A stretch of DNA of 63,981 bases, filler included, from Octopus bimaculoides (taxonomy: Eukaryota), in assembly GCF_001194135.2 (NCBI RefSeq). It is 8 parts of 8 records of this genome, joined end to end, with 100 filler letters (N's around TTAATTAATTAA, not from the genome) between each part and the next. Parts side by side here need not be neighbours in the genome. Positions count along the whole stretch, not along the records: positions 59,589 to 61,431 come from NW_026329513.1; positions 61,532 to 62,732 come from NC_068986.1; positions 62,833 to 63,981 come from NW_026314707.1; 5 more parts are not named here. One strand, written 5' to 3'. The notes under the pieces are model-generated. The model had not been told where the DNA came from, made no database searches, and saw only the letters and a list, made by a program, of their open reading frames with translations. Position numbers and translations under genes: made by a program. Numbering within the stretch: position 1 is the first letter of the stretch; the number at the start of each line of letters is the position of its first letter. Shown in pieces: positions 60,092-63,981 of the stretch.

Positions 60092-60889
60092 TAATAATAA
60101 TAATAATAATAATAATGATGATGATGATGATAAAAANNNNNNNNNNNNNNNNNNNNNNNNNNNNNNNNNNNNNNNNNNNNNNNNNNNNNNNNNNNNNNNN
60201 NNNNNNNNNNNNNNNNNNNNNNNNNNNNNNNNNNNNNNNNNNNNNNNNNNNNNNNNNNNNNNNNNNNNNNNNNNNNNNNNNNNNNNNNNNNNNNNNNNNN
60301 NNNNNNNNNNNNNNNNNNNNNNNNNNNNNNNNNNNNNNNNNNNNNNNNNNNNNNNNNNNNNNNNNNNNNNNNNNNNNNNNNNNNNNNNNNNNNNNNNNNN
60401 NNNNNNNNNNNNNNNNNNNNNNNNNNNNNNNNNNNNNNNNNNNNNNNNNNNNNNNNNNNNNNNNNNNNNNNNNNNNNNNNNNNNNNNNNNNNNNNNNNNN
60501 NNNNNNNNNNNNNNNNNNNNNNNNNNNNNNNNNNNNNNNNNNNNNNNNNNNNNNNNNNNNNNNNNNNNNNNNNNNNNNNNNNNNNNNNNNNNNNNNNNNN
60601 NNNNNNNNNNNNNNNNNNNNNNNNNNNNNNNNNNNNNNNNNNNNNNNNNNNNNNNNNNNNNNNNNNNNNNNNNNNNNNNNNNNNNNNNNNNNNNNNNNNN
60701 NNNNNNNNNNNNNNNNNNNNNNNNNNNNNNNNNNNNNNNNNNNNNNNNNNNNNNNNNNNNNNNNNNNNNNNNNNNNNNNNNNNNNNNNNNNNNNNNNNNN
60801 NNNNNNNNNCTAACTTGTTGTCTCTTGAGGTCTCTGGGTGAGACTTGGATCCAACTTGTACAAATGCAAAACAAAAGTCAAACATAATG

Positions 60890-60955
<66 letters not shown>

Positions 60956-61114
60956 GTTAGCCACCAAGTACCAAAACCTACAATGTGTGGAAAGAGACCC
61001 TGTGTGACCTCTGACAGAAGGCTGCTGTCTGTTCTCACGGATAATGGTAATAATAAATTGAGTGGAAACAGGTAAAAGAAATTCTCCACAGTAACTGAGA
61101 ATCGCCCACCCAAA

Positions 61115-61380
61115 TCAGTGACTGATTTATTTCTTCTTGATTGCAGCACACGACCAGAATCTCACCAATGGTTGCCTACGATCATATACAGTGAAACAAA
61201 ATACAGTACGTAACTTTAAGCGAAGTGGATACAATGAAGAAATAATTAAATGCATTATATCTGGCTACCAAGTTTTAGCCAATAAAGAATATATCCACAG
61301 GCGCTTCTAGTTATGCCAGCACTACAAAATACTCACCGGAAAGAAATGGTGTAGACGTAGGGCAGAAAAAGTTGTGTTTC
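61115..61380 (+). mobile_element. R4/Dong-like CCHC-region fragment abutting (TTA)n
   Basis: IAAHDQNL...EEIIKCIISGYQVLANKEYIHR...LCQHYKILTGKKW.RRRAEKVV, a degenerate form of AAQDQ.L...C..C....ET..HI.SGC..LA...Y..RH. Confidence 0.65.
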
Positions 61381-61623
61381 ATATTATTATTATTATTATT
61401 ATTATTATTGTTCAGTAGTTTCATTTTTATANNNNNNNNNNNNNNNNNNNNNNNNNNNNNNNNNNNNNNNNNNNNTTAATTAATTAANNNNNNNNNNNNN
61501 NNNNNNNNNNNNNNNNNNNNNNNNNNNNNNNTATCTTGTTTTTAGCATTGAGCTCTGTTTTTAGTATTGATCTAACTCGTCTATAGTACTCTTTCTTTAT
61601 TTTTTCTTTCATTTGTGTATGTT

Positions 61624-61694
<71 letters not shown>

Positions 61695-62832
61695 TTGCAT
61701 CATGTCCAATGTCTCTAAATTGTGACTCTTGTATTTCTTTGACTCATGTCCTGAGCTACGAGTCTTTAGTCAGAAGTATGTCTGGCTATTCTAGCCTCTG
61801 TTTTGGCGCCGTAGCTTTTGACCTGTCCTGTTGAGATAACTTCTGGATTTTCGTATTTAGTTACGCCTCTTTACATTCCGAGTTCAAATTCCGCCTTTCA
61901 CCCTTCCAGCCCAATAAAATACCGGTAAACAACCGAGAATGATATAACTGACGATGGCATTTCCAAAATCTAACACCTTTGTCGATGGTGGAAAGCAATA
62001 TTTCAAGGTCTTTTTTTAATTTCAGAGTTGATTATTTTCTTCTCATTAAGGTTGGAATTTCAAGGAGTTAAATATTATTTTCAGTTTACCACATTCTATT
62101 CCTGCACTTCGATATTTGCTCTCCTTGCAGAAGGCGACCCTCAGAAATGTTTCTGAGTCATTGGATCATAATAGTTTGTCCATTGTTAAACCGGATACAG
62201 TAGCGGGGAGAGAAACTTAGGATTACAGGCGTTCCATCCATGACAGTCCAGTCCATTAGTAAGTGTATCTAGAGATACATTCCCTAATAGTTCTTTTTCT
62301 TAACTTAGATATGACTCAAGAGAGTTTTGGCTGCTTTTTCCAGCAGAATGACCAATTACGCAGGCGCCTTCTCATTGTTTCCTAAAATCCATGCGTCAGC
62401 ATCAAATGGTGTGAACAGGCTGAATGGATACATTTGGTATAGACTTACATACACACATACATACATACATACATACATACGTACGTACGTACATACATGC
62501 ATACATACATACATACATACATACATACGTACATACATACATACTTGTATATACATGTAAGGACTACCTTGCCCTAATTTGCACTCACATGACCCCTAAT
62601 AATGCTATTGTAGTGAGAAAAGCTGGAAAATTCCACATAATGTGTTAGACAGACAGACAGATATCTTTTTATTATAGCCACACAGGGCTAAATACAGAAA
62701 ATGGACAAATTACAAAGTAGAGCTTTTCTTGGNNNNNNNNNNNNNNNNNNNNNNNNNNNNNNNNNNNNNNNNNNNNTTAATTAATTAANNNNNNNNNNNN
62801 NNNNNNNNNNNNNNNNNNNNNNNNNNNNNNNN

Positions 62833-63981
62833 CTCCAATGGAGGTATTACTTAATTTATTATTGTAAAACTTATTTAATTTACATTTATTAAAGAATGAA
62901 ATGATGTTGCCAACATTATTAGTGGTAGAGTAACCAACTCCAAATTTATTGCTAGAAAATGTGTCCTTATATTTCTGGACTAGCACAAATAATACTTTAA
63001 AATAGTTTAAAGATATTAAAGACAGTAGTAGTTACAAATTTATCCAAATAGACATAGAGGATTATTATTCATCTATTAATGAAATTGTACTTAATAAGGC
63101 CTTAATATATGCTATGAATAACGTGGGAATGACTAAAGATGAAGTTAAGGTAGTAAAAATGGCTAGAAAATCGTTTATTAGGTACAATAATAATTGTGGG
63201 CTAGAAAAGATACTTGAGATATTTTGATATCCCTATGGGAGCACCGGATTCTGCTCAGGTTACAGACCTAGTAGGAATTTATTTATTAGCAGAACTCCAA
63301 TTAGAAAATCTTAAATTGGAGGGTGGATTATACAGAGATGACCTCCTGCTAATAACGAAAAATAGCACAAATAGAACATTAGAAATATATAAGAAGAAAA
63401 TATACAGTTTCTTTAAAAGAAATGGGCTTAGGATTACAATTTATAATGAATATAGCAATGTCAACTACTTAGATGTAAATTTTAACTTAATAACAGGTAT
63501 AACCCAACCTTACCATAAAAGTAACGAAAACCTGAAATATATTAACGCTAAGAGTAACCATCAATCTTCTTTTAAGAAAGCGTTAGTAAATAATTTAGGG
63601 AAAAGAATTTCAGTACATTTTTCCAACTATGAGATATTCAATAAACATGCACCATATTATAATGAAGTGCTTCATAAGGCGGGATATAATAATAATATTA
63701 AATTTTTCAACAATTCTAAATATAATTATAATTTAAAAGCTAATTTAAATGATGAATACACCTTCTATTATAATAAACACAGCATTCAGAATCATATAAA
63801 GCCCGAGATAGGTAGTAATATGAACAAAAAACATCATAGTAATAATAATAAGAAGAATAAGAAAATATGGCTAATAATTCCCTATGTGAACAGGTAAAAA
63901 CTAACATTATTAAAGAGATTTTAAATATAATTAAGTTTTACAATAATAAATTAAGTAATACCTCCATTGGAGTCCAAAATA
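62833..63981 (+). mobile_element. Penelope-like retroelement (possibly Hydra clade), RT 63002-63897, with an inverted 3'-derived segment at 62833-62990
   Basis: KFIQIDIEDYYSSI (motif A), FDIPMGAPDSAQVTDLVG (B'), GGLYRDDLL (C), YINAKSNH...APYYNEVL.KAGY (thumb); one frameshift near 63200; 62833-62871 is the reverse complement of 63934-63971. Confidence 0.85.

Overview
AT-rich, microsatellite- and repeat-dominated animal genomic DNA from a draft assembly with many N gaps. The SINE/LINE repertoire looks like octopus (coleoid cephalopod); that is my inference, not a database result. Seven identical 100-bp linkers (44 N + TTAATTAATTAA + 44 N) split the window into eight pieces whose adjacency is an assembly decision. 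The only well-supported host coding sequence is two phase-0 exons on the + strand (24528-24740 and 28834-29052) that splice in frame into an uncharacterised protein; its first and last exons are not visible. A TATA/CCAAT/E-box promoter-like patch at about 20.9-21.1 kb points leftward into a gap. Mobile DNA includes a full-length but dead Chapaev3-like (CMC) transposon with TAA target-site duplication, a full-length Tc1 (DD34E) element plus other Tc1/mariner relics and MITEs, RTE LINE pieces (one with a C4HC3 PHD-like finger inside the RT), R4/Dong-like and HERO-like relics, and Penelope-like elements resembling three different clades (Neptune, Naiad, Hydra). There are also three degenerate minimal hammerhead ribozyme motifs, three long foldback palindromes next to microsatellites, and dozens of tRNA-derived SINEs. 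No rRNA, bona fide tRNA or CRISPR array was found. I did not find a demonstrably new system; the best leads are the uncharacterised gene, the Penelope/hammerhead/foldback set and the PHD-in-RT.
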